Origin: Lama glama
Taxonomy: Eukaryota
Reading direction: 5' to 3'
Assembly (NCBI GenBank): GCA_028534125.1
Contig: CM052817.1
Location: forward strand, 43,836,001 to 43,900,000
Length of the DNA: 64,000 bases
Below are positions 39,706 to 51,260 of this stretch, piece after piece. Both the position numbers and the translations under genes were made by a program. Under the pieces are notes generated by a model. The model was not told the origin of the DNA and made no database searches. It saw only the letters and a program-made list of their open reading frames with translations. Positions within the stretch are counted from its first letter, which is position 1. Each line of letters begins with the position of its first letter.

Positions 39706-41080
39706 CATGGTGTGATTTGAGAAGTGCTACCATTAATTAATGAATTAAACAAATGTTCCTTGAGCATCATGTATCAGACACTCTGTTATTTGCTAAGGAT
39801 AAAGGCAGAGTTCACAGTCTAGGATGTGAACAACAGATGTGCACTTACATAGATAATTGCAGTATACTGTGATATGGTTGTTCAGTTTGCATATTGCATA
39901 AAAACATCTGGCCAAGAGGTGAGTGGGGGCTGTGCTTTGACAGACTGCATTCATCCAGAGGGGGAAGTTCTCTAGTTCATCTCCACAAATGAGATGCCTT
40001 TTAAAAAAAAGATTATAATTCCACTGACAATAATGCCTTATTGTCATTTAGTTTAGTGATTTTCAAATTTATTTTAGCAGCAGTTAGCCTTCTTTGAAAC
40101 AACTTTCATGCAGAAACACAAGGTATTAATTCAGATGTTTTGGTTATAGAGGTCTAACTCAAATTAGTTTAGATGTCAAATCTACTAGTTAATTTAACCA
40201 CACTTATTATAATATCGGTGGGCCCAGTGTGCTAAGTAAAGACATACTAGGGCTTTTAGAGAAGGCTTTATAAAGGAAGTGATGCCTGAGCTAAATCATG
40301 AAAGATGATTCCAAGAGGCGGACAAAATAGGAAAAGAGCATACTATGCTGGGGAAACAGCTTGTGTAAAGATCTGTAAGGGAGCATATCCTGTCTCAGAA
40401 ATGGCAACAGTTCGTTAAACGCCAGAGGTGAACGTAAGAGAGACTAATGTTCAAGTGGCTGCAGGTCGTCATGGTAAGTGACAGGCATATGATTAAGGGA
40501 CAGATATGCTTGTGAAACTAGGTTTTAGTTTATACATTGTGGGAAGTCATTGAAAGATTTTAAAAAGCAGAGTAATATGAATAGAGTATGTTTCAGGAGG
40601 ATGTTGGGATTGTACTTAGTAGGGGTACATTAATAGACAAAATGCAAAAAAGCTCAGGCAAGAGGTGACAGGGTAACTTAAGACATTAGTAGTTCATTGG
40701 GATGGAGTCAATAGAGTGATGAAAACATTAAGTAGGCCAAACTGATCATGGGGAGGATGGGAGAGAAAAGTTAAGGATGATTCCTAGGATTCTGAGTTGG
40801 GTGAACCTTCATATGATTACATGACCATCAGCATGGTGGTACCATTTTTAATGAGAGAGAGTCACACAAGGCCAGGAATAGATTTTGGAGGAAAGACAAA
40901 TGAACTTGGTTTTAGACATACTGATCTTGAAATATGTGCAGACTGTCCAAGTGGAGATACCCAGGAAGAAATTGACAATATCTTCCCATTAAGCAGTGTC
41001 TGAAACTGCCATTGTTATAATTTATTCTTGTAGTTAAGGTTATATCTCTGAGTACTTGCCTCTTAAAAATACCACTGGGA

Positions 41081-41915
41081 TGGCCAATAAGTGCATGAAA
41101 AGAAGCTCAACATCACTAATTGTTAGAGAAATGCAAATCAAAACTACAATGAGATATCACTTCACACCAGTCAGAATGGCCATCATTCAAAAGTCCACAA
41201 ACAATAAACGCTGGAGAGGATGTGGAGGAAAAGGAATCCTCCTACACTGTTGGTGGGAATGTGAATTGGTGCAGCCACTATGGAGGACAGTATGGAGGCT
41301 CCTGAAAAAACTAAAAATAGACTTACCATATGATCCATCAATCCCACTCTTGGGCATATATCAAGAGGAAGATAAAATTTGAAAAGACACATGCATCCCA
41401 TTGTTCACAGCAGCACTATTTACAATAGCTGAAACATAAAAACAACCTAAATGTCCAGTGACAGATGACTGGATAAAGAAGATGTGGTGTATATATATAC
41501 AATGGAATACTACTCAGCCATAAAACAGAATAAAATAATTCCATTTGCAGCAACATGGATGGATCTGGAGATTGTCATTCTAAGTGAAGTCAGTCAGTAG
41601 GAGAAAGAAAAATACCATATAATATCACTTATATGTGGAATCTAAAAAAAAGACAAATGAACTTATTTACAAAACAGAAAAAGACTCACAGACATAGAAA
41701 GCAAACTTATGGTTACCAGGGAGAGAAAAGGATAGGAAGGGATAAATTGGGAGTTCAAGATTTGCACCTCTTAGAGAGTGATGGAAATGTTAGTTATGTT
41801 GATTGTGGTGGTGGTTTCATGGGTATATACAATTATCAAAATTCATCAAATTGTACATCTGAAATATGTGTAGTTTACTGTACAGGAATCATACCACAAT
41901 AAAGGTGTTAAAAAG
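41081..41915 (+). mobile_element. 5'-truncated lineage-specific L1 with target-site duplication
   Basis: Encodes [24 protein letters not shown]...[25 protein letters not shown]; flanked by aaaa[a/g]taccactggga at 41065-41080 and 41911-41926. Confidence 0.92.
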
Positions 41916-44900
41916 TACCACTGGGAAGAATTAAACAGATGACAGGGTACTGTAATGAGAGAACAACTGAACTAGGCATCTATAAATCAGTCCGACACTG
42001 ACTTTGCCATCAACTGCCTGGGTGATATTCAGCAAGTCACTTTGCTTTAGGTTCCTCATGTGGAAAATGAGGAAGTAAGACCAGGTGATCTTCAACATCT
42101 GGGAGTTGACCACAATTCAAATAGTAATATTAACTTACGGTAGTTCAGTTCAGTGGTTTTCAAACTTATTTAGCAGCAGTTAGGCTTCTTTGAAAGACCC
42201 TTCATGCAGAAACACAACGTATTAGGATGTTTTGGTTGCAGAGTTCTAACTCAAGTTACCTTAGACATAGAAGAGAATTTACTAGTTAATTTAAGCATAT
42301 TTTGTGACAAGGTGCAGCTGAACTACATGGATGACTGGAACCTGAGACTAGTGCACCACCAGGACTTACTCTCTACACTTCCTGTGTGACGGATTCATTC
42401 CACACAAGGCAGTATGCAGCCACTGGCCACTCTCAAGACTTCCATCTTTCTTTCTCATCTCCGACTACTGCTATGGGGGACAAGCCCTTCTTCCCTTCAT
42501 TCCACCTGAAAACATTCTGGGGGATAATTCTGCTTGCTTTGGCTTGAGTTATATGCCCACACTGTAGTCAAGAAGTTGGGGGATTCTCTTGAGGTGCAAC
42601 TGTCCCTAGAATCACCTGTTTATAGTATAGGCAGGAATAGTTCCCTCCAAGGAAAGGAGCATTGTTTACAGAAAAAGGGAAGTTACCAGGCAGTCAATTA
42701 GATGGTCAATATGTAAAACAGATAAAAACGAAGGTTTCTAGTTGAGATCCCACCTCCCCGGTCCCCTCTGTGTACACTGGGCGGCTTGGGATGCGTACCT
42801 CTGAAGACCTCATGAAGATCATTGGAGTACCACATGAAAATAACTGATTTTATTGATTGGATAGCATGCCAGGTGTCTCCAGATCCTTGAAAAATTGAAA
42901 CACTAGATATTTATTGATGGTGGTGGTACTTACCCAGTAGAACATTTCTGGAATACGGGAAAGTACTAGGAAGAGTGGTGCTGATGTTGATGGGGTTGAG
43001 GTGGAGATTCTGAATGTTCAGGCATCCAGGAACCTGAGACTGGGAGTGTAGGAAGAAGAAGCAGGAGGACAGCACGATGAACTTTGCCTACCTTGTCATT
43101 TTATCCAGGACTAGCTTATCAAAGGCACACTGTTAAAAATGGTGGGAAATGTTTATCTTTGGCCAAGAGAGTGGGATGGTCCTTGGTGTCATCCACAGTC
43201 ATCCTAGAGAAAGGAACAAATGGGAAGTTGATGGAAAGAGAGAATTGATGGATTGGAAGAGGGGTAGAGACAATAAGTAAAGCCACATTTCTTGGATGAA
43301 TATATCCATGGTATATGATACTTCAAAACTATTAGAAATAAAGTAATGGTGATAGAGGCAGAGAGAGAAAGAGGAATAAGATGAGTAAAGATGGGAAGGT
43401 GGAGAGGAATGTAGTTCAGTAAAAGGAAGACTATGTCACTGGAATATAGTTTGTAAGCCCTATCAGGAGGTCTGAGAAGTAAAAATTCAAGATCATTTTG
43501 ATTAGTACCTATTTAAAAGTTGTACTAATAAGTATCAGGTAAATTATATTTAATTATTTTATCAATTATAACTTACTACATAATTTAAATGTAACACCTT
43601 CCTTGAAGTTTTGTAGCTATTAGTGTAAAAGTGTGTACTAAAATCAGTAAAGTCAAGTTTAATTGATTCTTTATCAAATGGTAATAATGTCCTTAAATTA
43701 CAAAATTTAAATCTGCCTTTTGAGCAAGCTGCTCAACAAAATTTCAGAAAACAAAGGAACATAGGTATAAGGGAACTTATAGGCCCAGCTACCTGTGCTA
43801 CTAATAGAAAAAACATGGAGAGATCAGATTTACTCAGATAAAATATTAATTGCTAATTTGGAAAAGACACAGGTGTTCACTAGAACATCAAGTACTTTTT
43901 TTTTATCTGCGAAGTAACGAACCAATTCTGTAATAATACAAATAAACATAACTGTTTTCAGAACAAGTTGTACCTACACAGTGCTACTACTAAACCATTT
44001 TGGTCAAAAAGGACTTAGTTAAGCCAAAAGTTTTCGCTTGGATAAATCACTTCTTTAAAGATATACTTTCTTACTGGGTTCTTATTTTCCGTCTTAATTT
44101 AAAAATGGCAACATCTGTCAAACATGAAAAATTTCCACCAGATAAGCTATCAAAATCAGGTTACTTTTCTGTTGCAAACTCTGATCTGCTATGAAACTGC
44201 TTATGGCTTCAGGGTTGTTGGAATGTCTTTTGAATTGGAGTCTCATGAGGGAGTTTTTTTTTTTTTGTAATATCTGTGAAGATTTAACTTGTCAGCATTT
44301 GTACAGTGCCAACTATTTGAAAATGATTATTTCTCCAATCTCAAACTCCTCACTGCAAGTGAGAAAAACAAGAATCTATTTTTTGGATGATATAGTGTCA
44401 CTTGCTGTGAAAATGCTGTTTTTAGTGAGAGAATCGACCTATTTGCTATTGTATAAAGGGAACAGTCCTGAGAATAGAGATTATTGAAACAACCTGCATT
44501 TAACTGACCTTTTTATAATAAAATCCACTACTCTCAACTATGAATGTCACAATTATGAATATTCAAAGGATTGTGAGTATTCAGTATTTAAAATTTAGCA
44601 GCCAACAATAAACATGGTCTATATAAACCTGAACTTCAGGACCAGCAAACCCCAGCATTTATTAGTGCTTTTTTAACATCCACAAAGGTGCTCCCCTTTC
44701 CTTACCCTACTCACTACTGCTGGTCAGCTTGTGAGAGAGGCAGGTATCACCCTGCTCAAGTGAGACTGCCAGTGCCATCAGCTTTATCCTCCTGGGCATT
44801 GTTGTGACTATTAATTTTGCATCATCTTTCATACTTTCATTTCTGCTTTGTTATATGAGAATTTCCTGTTTACAGGTCTGCTTCCCCTATGACTGTGAGC

Positions 44901-44921
44901 TACTTAAGAATAGGGACTGTA

Positions 44922-45049
44922 GGGGGAGGGTATAGCTCAGTGGTAGAGCACATGCTTAGCATTCATAAGTTCCTGGGTTCAATCCCCAGTATCTGCATTA
45001 CATAAATAAACAAATCTAATTACCTACCTGCCTCCAGCGGAAAAAAAAA
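44922..45049 (+). mobile_element. Camelid tRNA-Ala-derived SINE (vic-1-like, longer form), inserted in an L2 tail
   Basis: gggggagggtatagctcagtggtagagcacatgcttagcattcataagttcctgggttcaatccccagtatc...aaataaacaaatctaattacct...aaaaaaaaa. Confidence 0.9.
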
Positions 45050-47132
45050 GAGGACTATATCTGCTTATCTTTGTATCTCTGATGCTAAATACAATGTTTG
45101 GAACATAATACATTCTCCATATTGTTTATTATGAAATAGCTAGTAATCTATGTATTTACAGGTATTTGAAGAAGCTTAAATCTGTGAGGATGTTCCATCA
45201 TCCAATTTATATTTTTCAGGCGTTTATTTTCCTCTTTTCTTCAACTTTTGGTAGTATTTCTCTTTGGGGCAAGTGTTTCTGTGCCAAGGAGAAATGCTGT
45301 GGCAAGTGGCCATTGAGGCAGGTTTACTATTCTGGGCTCCCGAAGCGAACTGTCTGGCTTGCTGCTTACAAAGCCCAAGGTAATTAGTCATTATATGTTA
45401 GTCTAGAATCAAGATAGTTGGGATTGAGTGGGATTTCTTTAGGACTAAGGCCATTTTCAGACCTATTACAGAAGCTGGTATGGGGGTGATGTTGCTAGGG
45501 AGGGAAATGGAAACTTAATGTAGGTCTCCAGGGGCTTCTCCAGTCACTCACCATACTTCCTGGTGACAAAGATTAAAGTGATGCAATTATTCTTCTGCAA
45601 TGGTGGACTCTTAACAGCTGATCAGTTCTGGCTAAATAATGATTTGCATTTTTACTGCAACTTTTTCTCCCAGGAGAGGAATGCCTTTTACATTTAATAA
45701 TAGGGCCTAAGATTAATTGCAATCAACACCAAGTGCTTTATGTGCTAAACAACACCCCTGTGGGGGAAAAAAGTACTAAAAATTGTTAATACACCCTTGA
45801 CCAACACTGGTAAGTACACAAGCCTGGAGCATTCATTGGGAAAGAGATTGTGCAAAGCAGTATTCTGCCTCTTGAGCTGGTAGAGTTTGTTTTTGGATTG
45901 CTGGTGATAAAAGCTGAAGCTGACCCACAAGAACAAAATCAAACTCCATACACTTAAAATGTCAAGGCCACGTTCACCAAGTAAACATGGATATTTCTAG
46001 TTTACATTTTGACGTTTTCATTCTGTAGCCGGCACTGCTAAACACACGTAGTAGTATCCTAAGTGGGGAGAATTAGAAAATAAATAGGACAGGGTTATCG
46101 CAGAGTGTCACAGGTTCTGTTATTTACCTCTCACGATACAACTTACAGATGCTACCCGTTAAAAAAAATCAAACCACTGAAGATGCCAGGAAACATTTCC
46201 TTCGGTGACTTCCTTCACCTCACCTGGCGTCCGATTAGCTACCCAGACCAGGGTTCGGCTTTGGGGCCAGGCTGCCTGCGGCGAGCGTGCAGTAAACAGC
46301 GCCGCGTCCACGCACGAGCACCGGTTGAGGTGGGATCGCCAGTCTTTTCTCCATCCTCCCCCGCCCCGTGCCTCTGTGGCTTTGTGATAACCCACTGCTC
46401 GTCACTCAAGCCAAGAAAAGCAAGAATCCGGCAAGGGAACAGGAGAAAAAGGGCAAGAACCCTGGCAGCCGCGCGCGCACGCGCACTATGATCCTGCGCG
46501 GCGCCCCGGGGGCGGGGCCAAGGCGCGGCGCTGGAGCTCCGCCTCCTTCCCCTCACCCCACCCCTCCGCGCCGGGGAGTGACTGACTCTCGCCAGCCCCT
46601 CCACGTCAATCAACCCTCCTCCTTCTCGCACTCTCCGCACCTTGTTATTAATCTCAATACCGATATCGCGCGGACGCCTCTCCCCCGGCCCTCGGGGGTG
46701 TGAACGTGTGTGAACCAGAGCGGAGGCACCGAAAGCTGGCGTCTCTGTGCAGCAGTCTCGGCCCCGGCAGCAGTAGGCGCAGCAGCAACCCCCGCAGCGG
46801 CGGCAGCCCCAACGCTTGGAGGCCAAGGCCAAGGCCAGGCACAGCGCGGCTCTCGGAGTAATAGCCGCGGCTCCGGCGGCTGCGGGGGCGCAGCTTCCTC
46901 CGTCAGGGGCCTTCGCGTCGGTGGCCGCGGCCGCGGGGCCTCTCCTGCGCGCCCAGGGTCACCGTCCCCGAAACCGGCTGCGCGGCTCTCGGCCCCCTCC
47001 CCGCCCCCCATCCCTCTCCTCGTTCCCTTCAGCCGTCCTCCTCGCCGCTGCCTCTGCCGTTCCTCAGGCGGCCCGGCCCGCCCGCCCCGCGTCCCCTCCG
47101 GCCGGTGCCTCTCCCCCCGGCGGGCTGCCTGC

Positions 47133-47265
47133 ATGTCTTTGCTGCCCTCAGCCCCGCCGCCACCGCCGCCGCCGCCTCCCCCGCCGCCGCAGCACCAGCA
47201 CCAGCAGCAGCCGCCCCGCCGCCGCCGCCGCCGTCGCCGCCCGGACCCCGGCGCGCCGAATGCAG
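47133..47265 (+). other. CNOT6L: Candidate upstream CNOT6L first exon (3' part, from an ATG) ending at donor CAG|GTGAGG
   Basis: Consensus donor at 47266; ATG at 47133 opens MSLLPSAPPPPPPPPPPPPQHQHQQQPPRRRRRRRRPDPGAPNA. Coding status unproven. Confidence 0.55.
47153..47240. repeat. Imperfect (CCG)n/(CAG/CAC)n trinucleotide tract
   Basis: ccgccgccaccgccgccgccg...cagcaccagcaccagcagcag...cgccgccgccgccgccgtcgccgc. Confidence 0.9.
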
Positions 47266-47546
47266 GTGAGGAAGGGGCGCAGGCCCTCCGCGACCGCGGG
47301 CCCGGGCGCCCTGCGCGGCCGCCCGCCGCGAGCCGGGATCCGGGCCTTGCCTGCCGCCGCCTCTTCCCTTCGGGGCGGGCGGGAGCGAGGCCCGCCCGTG
47401 GGTGTTTGTGTTTGCGTCTGCGGCCGAGGCTCTGGAGGGGAAGCATCTGTGGGGGCCTGGTGCGCGCGCGCGCGCGTGTTTGTGTGTGTGTTTCCCCTGC
47501 CGCGGGGAAATGGCTGCTGTTGCTCCTTCTGGGCCGGAGGAAGAGA

Positions 47547-47551
47547 ATGAG
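47547..47551 (+). CDS. CNOT6L: CNOT6L (CCR4b deadenylase) first coding exon end, ATG AG| (Met-Arg of MRLIGMPKEK...)
   Basis: gaagagaATGAG|GTAGAG inside the CpG island; fits the recalled CNOT6L N-terminus MRLIG with a phase-2 intron, plus synteny with MRPL1. Exon 2 was not found in the window, so the call rests on synteny and this short match. Confidence 0.78.
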
Positions 47552-50500
47552 GTAGAGTGTTTTTGTGTCTCTGAGTAGAATCGAGAGTGTTGGGAAGAGG
47601 AGCGCGTCCCCAGGGCAGTGAGATGGGAGAGGGGGAAATGAGCGTGTGGGTGTGCGAGTTGGGACTTTGGCGGCCGGGGAGGCGGCCTGAGGACCCACAG
47701 CGAGTGGGTGTGTGTCGGGTACGGGGCTGACCCCGCGGCTCTGTCGGAGGCGGCGAAGGTTCCGGGGTGTGCGTGCGTGTGTGTGTGTGTTTGTGTGTGT
47801 TGGGGGGTGGTCCGTACCCAGGGCCCGGGACTCTGTGGGCGGGTTCCGTGTGTCCAGGACCCCCGAGCGGCGTGTCCCTCCCCCTTTGTGGCCGAGGCTC
47901 CGGAGCCTCGCAGGTGAGCGGCTCCGCGGGGCCCGGGGAGGGTGAATGTGTGTGCGGCACACGCACAGCAGCCGGGCCGGGAGAACTCCGGGTCGGGGCC
48001 GCGCCGCCGTTCCCGGGGCCGCGGCAGGAAGCGCGCCGGCCTGCAGCGCGGCCTAACCGCCTCGGCGGCCTCCCGCCCGCCGGCCGGCCTCCCTCCCGCC
48101 CGCCTGCCTCCCGCCGGCCTCCCCGGACGCTTGCCGGGACGCCGGGCCCGCGCGGGCCCACGGCGCTGCCTCGGGCCTGGGCAGGTGAGGGTCGGAGGCG
48201 GGACGCGCCGATCGCCGTCGCCTTGGCCGCCTCGGCCGCCTCCGCGTCTCCTGAGGAGGGGCGAAGGCAGGTTTTGGCGTTCCAGCGGCAAGCGCTCCCC
48301 TGGTCGGCGGTGGGACCCGAGGGAAAGTGAATCAAAGCAGTAAATCTCGAGTATACGCGATGTCGAGGCCCCTTCTTTTCATCCTTTCCTTAAGGCTGTG
48401 TGGAGTACGTATTTTCAGTTTTTTCGTTGCAGATACTTTCTCGTTGGGAATATTAACGCATTTTTTTTGAGATTAAATTTTTCTCCGAGAGGCGGGGGAG
48501 GAAATGGAAGCTGGCTTCACTGTCCTGTGGTGTTGGTGGGGTTGGATCGGTTTTGTGCATTTGAAATTGTTTTATCCTGCCTCCTAGGGGGAAAGGCGTA
48601 TACACGCCGAGCTGAGGAGGTCGGTGAGGAAGAGGAAGTTACTGGAGCTGTCATCCTCCTTAGCCTGGCCGGCTATATGGCTTAGGTTGTTTGGATGGAT
48701 TGTGTTCGGGGAGTTTAGCTGAGCCGTTTGTACACATTGAAGCCCAGTACTGTGTATGAGGAGATACTACCTTCTTGCCTCTAGTTATCTTAATTGTCAG
48801 TAAAGATAGTCGTGTACAAACAAGTTTTCTCTCAGTCTCCAAGACCTAGATCAAGCAGCCTCTATCGTGTATTGAAGTGTGTGCTTTTGGAAAGCTATTT
48901 TGAGAGTAGTCTAAGCAAAACCAACTGTAAAGGTAAATCTGCTGCCAGTAGGCGTACAGTGCATTTCAGAAGCAAATGTAAATGACATTTGGATAATTAT
49001 TTGCTATTTACTTTATCTACTCCACCCTCTATTTGCGTCTAGTTAGTTCATCTACATAAAACCTTGTAGCTAAAGTCATGACCAAGATTCGATCCTCGCA
49101 GGCCATACTCTGTGTAATGGCCAGAGATTGCTCCTTTTTGAACCTGGTCTCACAAAGAAATGTTCCTTGCTGTTCACTGGGAAGTGAGGACAAGAGCAGG
49201 AGGGGTGGAGGGCTGTTTTCTATGATCACTACTGAAAACAAAATGTAATTTAGTGGAAAAAGAACTTATTTTACAGACCTCAAACTCTGGCTGTGCCATT
49301 TTTCTTAGCTCTTTGATCTTAGGCAAGGTACCTAATGTCTATAAGCTCCTGTTTCTCATCAATAAGAAGATAATACCCTTATAGTAAGGTTGTACTGAGG
49401 ATAGATTGAAAAAACATGTTTGCCACATAGTAGATGCTTACTTAAATATTAGTTTTTCCTCCTGCAGCCCCTGACTGTGGGCCTTGAAAAACATAAACAA
49501 ACAAGTACAAATACTCATTGGATTGCTGAGAGCAATATTATGTTACTGTAAGTTAAAAATCAAGACAACAGAACATTTCAGAGTCCTTTGGTATAAGTTA
49601 GGTGTATGAACACAATGTTAAATGTATTCTACAAGTCATTTTCTTGGAACTAAAACTGTCATTAAAATTATCTAGTGTACTAGTGTATAGTCATACTTAA
49701 TTTTTTCTCATATTGTTGAATAGGCCATCTTTCAGTTTCATTACTCTTTTTATGAGCTCTTGCTGTGTAGCCCTGGAAAACATTGTTTAAGCTATATATA
49801 TATAGCACATATATATTCCAATACAATCAAGCATTAAACAGAATCAAGGAACTAGAGTTTATGTAGATCCACAAAGTATACGTGCCACAAAATTGCTCTG
49901 TAATTGTTTTAGTTCCTGTTGACTGATTCTGGTTAAAAGAAAAAAAAAGAATAAAAAACGTTTTGGAGTATTTTGGTGAATGGAAGCAAAAATCTATCAG
50001 CTTTCAATAATTTTCCATTTTTATTTTTCTGTGTGGAGTGGTAAATGTGCTGTTCATTTAGTTTTAGTTGTATTGTGGTGGAAAAAATAATGATACAGAG
50101 TTTAAGGCAAAGGCAACAGAGTGGTTAAAGTTTTTTTTTTCTTTTTTCTCTTTTATTTTTTGTGAAGGCAGGGTGAAGAGAGTGTGGGAGAAGTTTCATT
50201 GATTTAAGTTTGCAATGTCTCTTCACTAATGCCAGGTTTCCGAGTTTAGGCCTTATTATTATTATTTATATCAGCAATGTTAAGCTATAAAAAAAAACCC
50301 TGGTAAATCATTAAAATTTCAACACATTTGTGGAGGATTTTTGTGAAGGATAGGAGGGAGAACTTTATTACAATGCAAAATGTTTTGTTAAAGTGTGTGT
50401 GTTATGGGTGTGTGTGCATTTATAGTGAGCAGAATTATCTGCCATATGGCTATATTTAAAGGAAGAATTCTTACCTTAAAAATTATGTGGTAAGTATTAA

Positions 50501-50686
50501 TACTTTAAAAACAATAAAATAGAAAATAGAATTTTGCCTTTAACTAGGTGTTTGGTAATTTTTATTAGACATTATAAATTATGGTATTTTAAAACACTTT
50601 ATACTTTTTTCTTAATTTGGAGAATTAAAGAAGACATTTTTCTGTAATAATCATGAACGTAGATGATAATGAGCAATATATCATCT

Positions 50687-50730
50687 GATATGTGAATAGT
50701 GATATAAAGATATGTGAATAGTGATATAAA
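50687..50730. repeat. Perfect 22-bp tandem duplication
   Basis: gatatgtgaatagtgatataaa x2. Confidence 0.95.
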
Positions 50731-50899
50731 CAGTGGAACTCCTCTGCTATCATTTCAAGTAACGACAATAAAATCAAGGTGGAAATTGTTTAGGTTTTAA
50801 AATTTAATGTTACTTAAATGGGCTTTTAAACAATTTTTCCAAAATATCTGTTATATATGTCTTTAATTAGGGGGAATTGAAATACTTAAGATTTGTGCA

Positions 50900-51260
50900 T
50901 GGATTACTTAGGGTAATGCTAATTAGGGTCATAAATACACTCCAAAATGTCAGTGGCTTAACACTTGTAAGTTTTTATTTTGCTCACATAACAGTCCAGT
51001 GCAGGTGCTCCTTGTTAGTAGGCTTGTGGCTTTCCTCCATGTGGTAATTGAGGGACCCAGACATCTTATATCTTATGGCTACACCATTCCCCAGAGCCTT
51101 GGAGCGCTGCCTGTTACCCACAGGATATTTCTTAAGAACCCCCAAAGACAAACATCTGCCCACATTTCACTGGTGAGAATTTGTCATAGAATCATATTTG
51201 AATGCAAGGGGGATGGGAATGTAGTCCCTGGGTGGCAGACAGCTGGGGGCATTTCATAAT
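50900..51260. mobile_element. MaLR (MLT1-like) LTR fragment
   Basis: 'aaatgtcagtggcttaacac...tttattttgctcacat', 'catctgcccacatttcactgg...tgcaagggggatgggaatgtagtc'. Confidence 0.6.

Larger units (their letters stand above)
46200..48370 (+). promoter_or_regulatory. CNOT6L: CpG island, promoter and alternative first-exon region of CNOT6L
   Basis: Very high GC/CpG over ~2.2 kb; GC box (ggggcggggc ~46509-46518), NRF1-like gcgcgcgcacgcgca (~46471), several strong 5' splice sites. The head-to-head arrangement with MRPL1 matches the human 4q21 gene order as recalled. Confidence 0.9.

Noticed and set aside
10035..47547. Bidirectional MRPL1/CNOT6L promoter
   Set aside because: The genes are divergent but ~37 kb apart, each with its own CpG-rich promoter.
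46239..48343. Overlapping 200-450 aa ORFs on both strands
   Set aside because: Expected from stop-codon scarcity in a CpG island; Arg/Pro/Gly/Ala-rich low-complexity translations with no recognisable domain.
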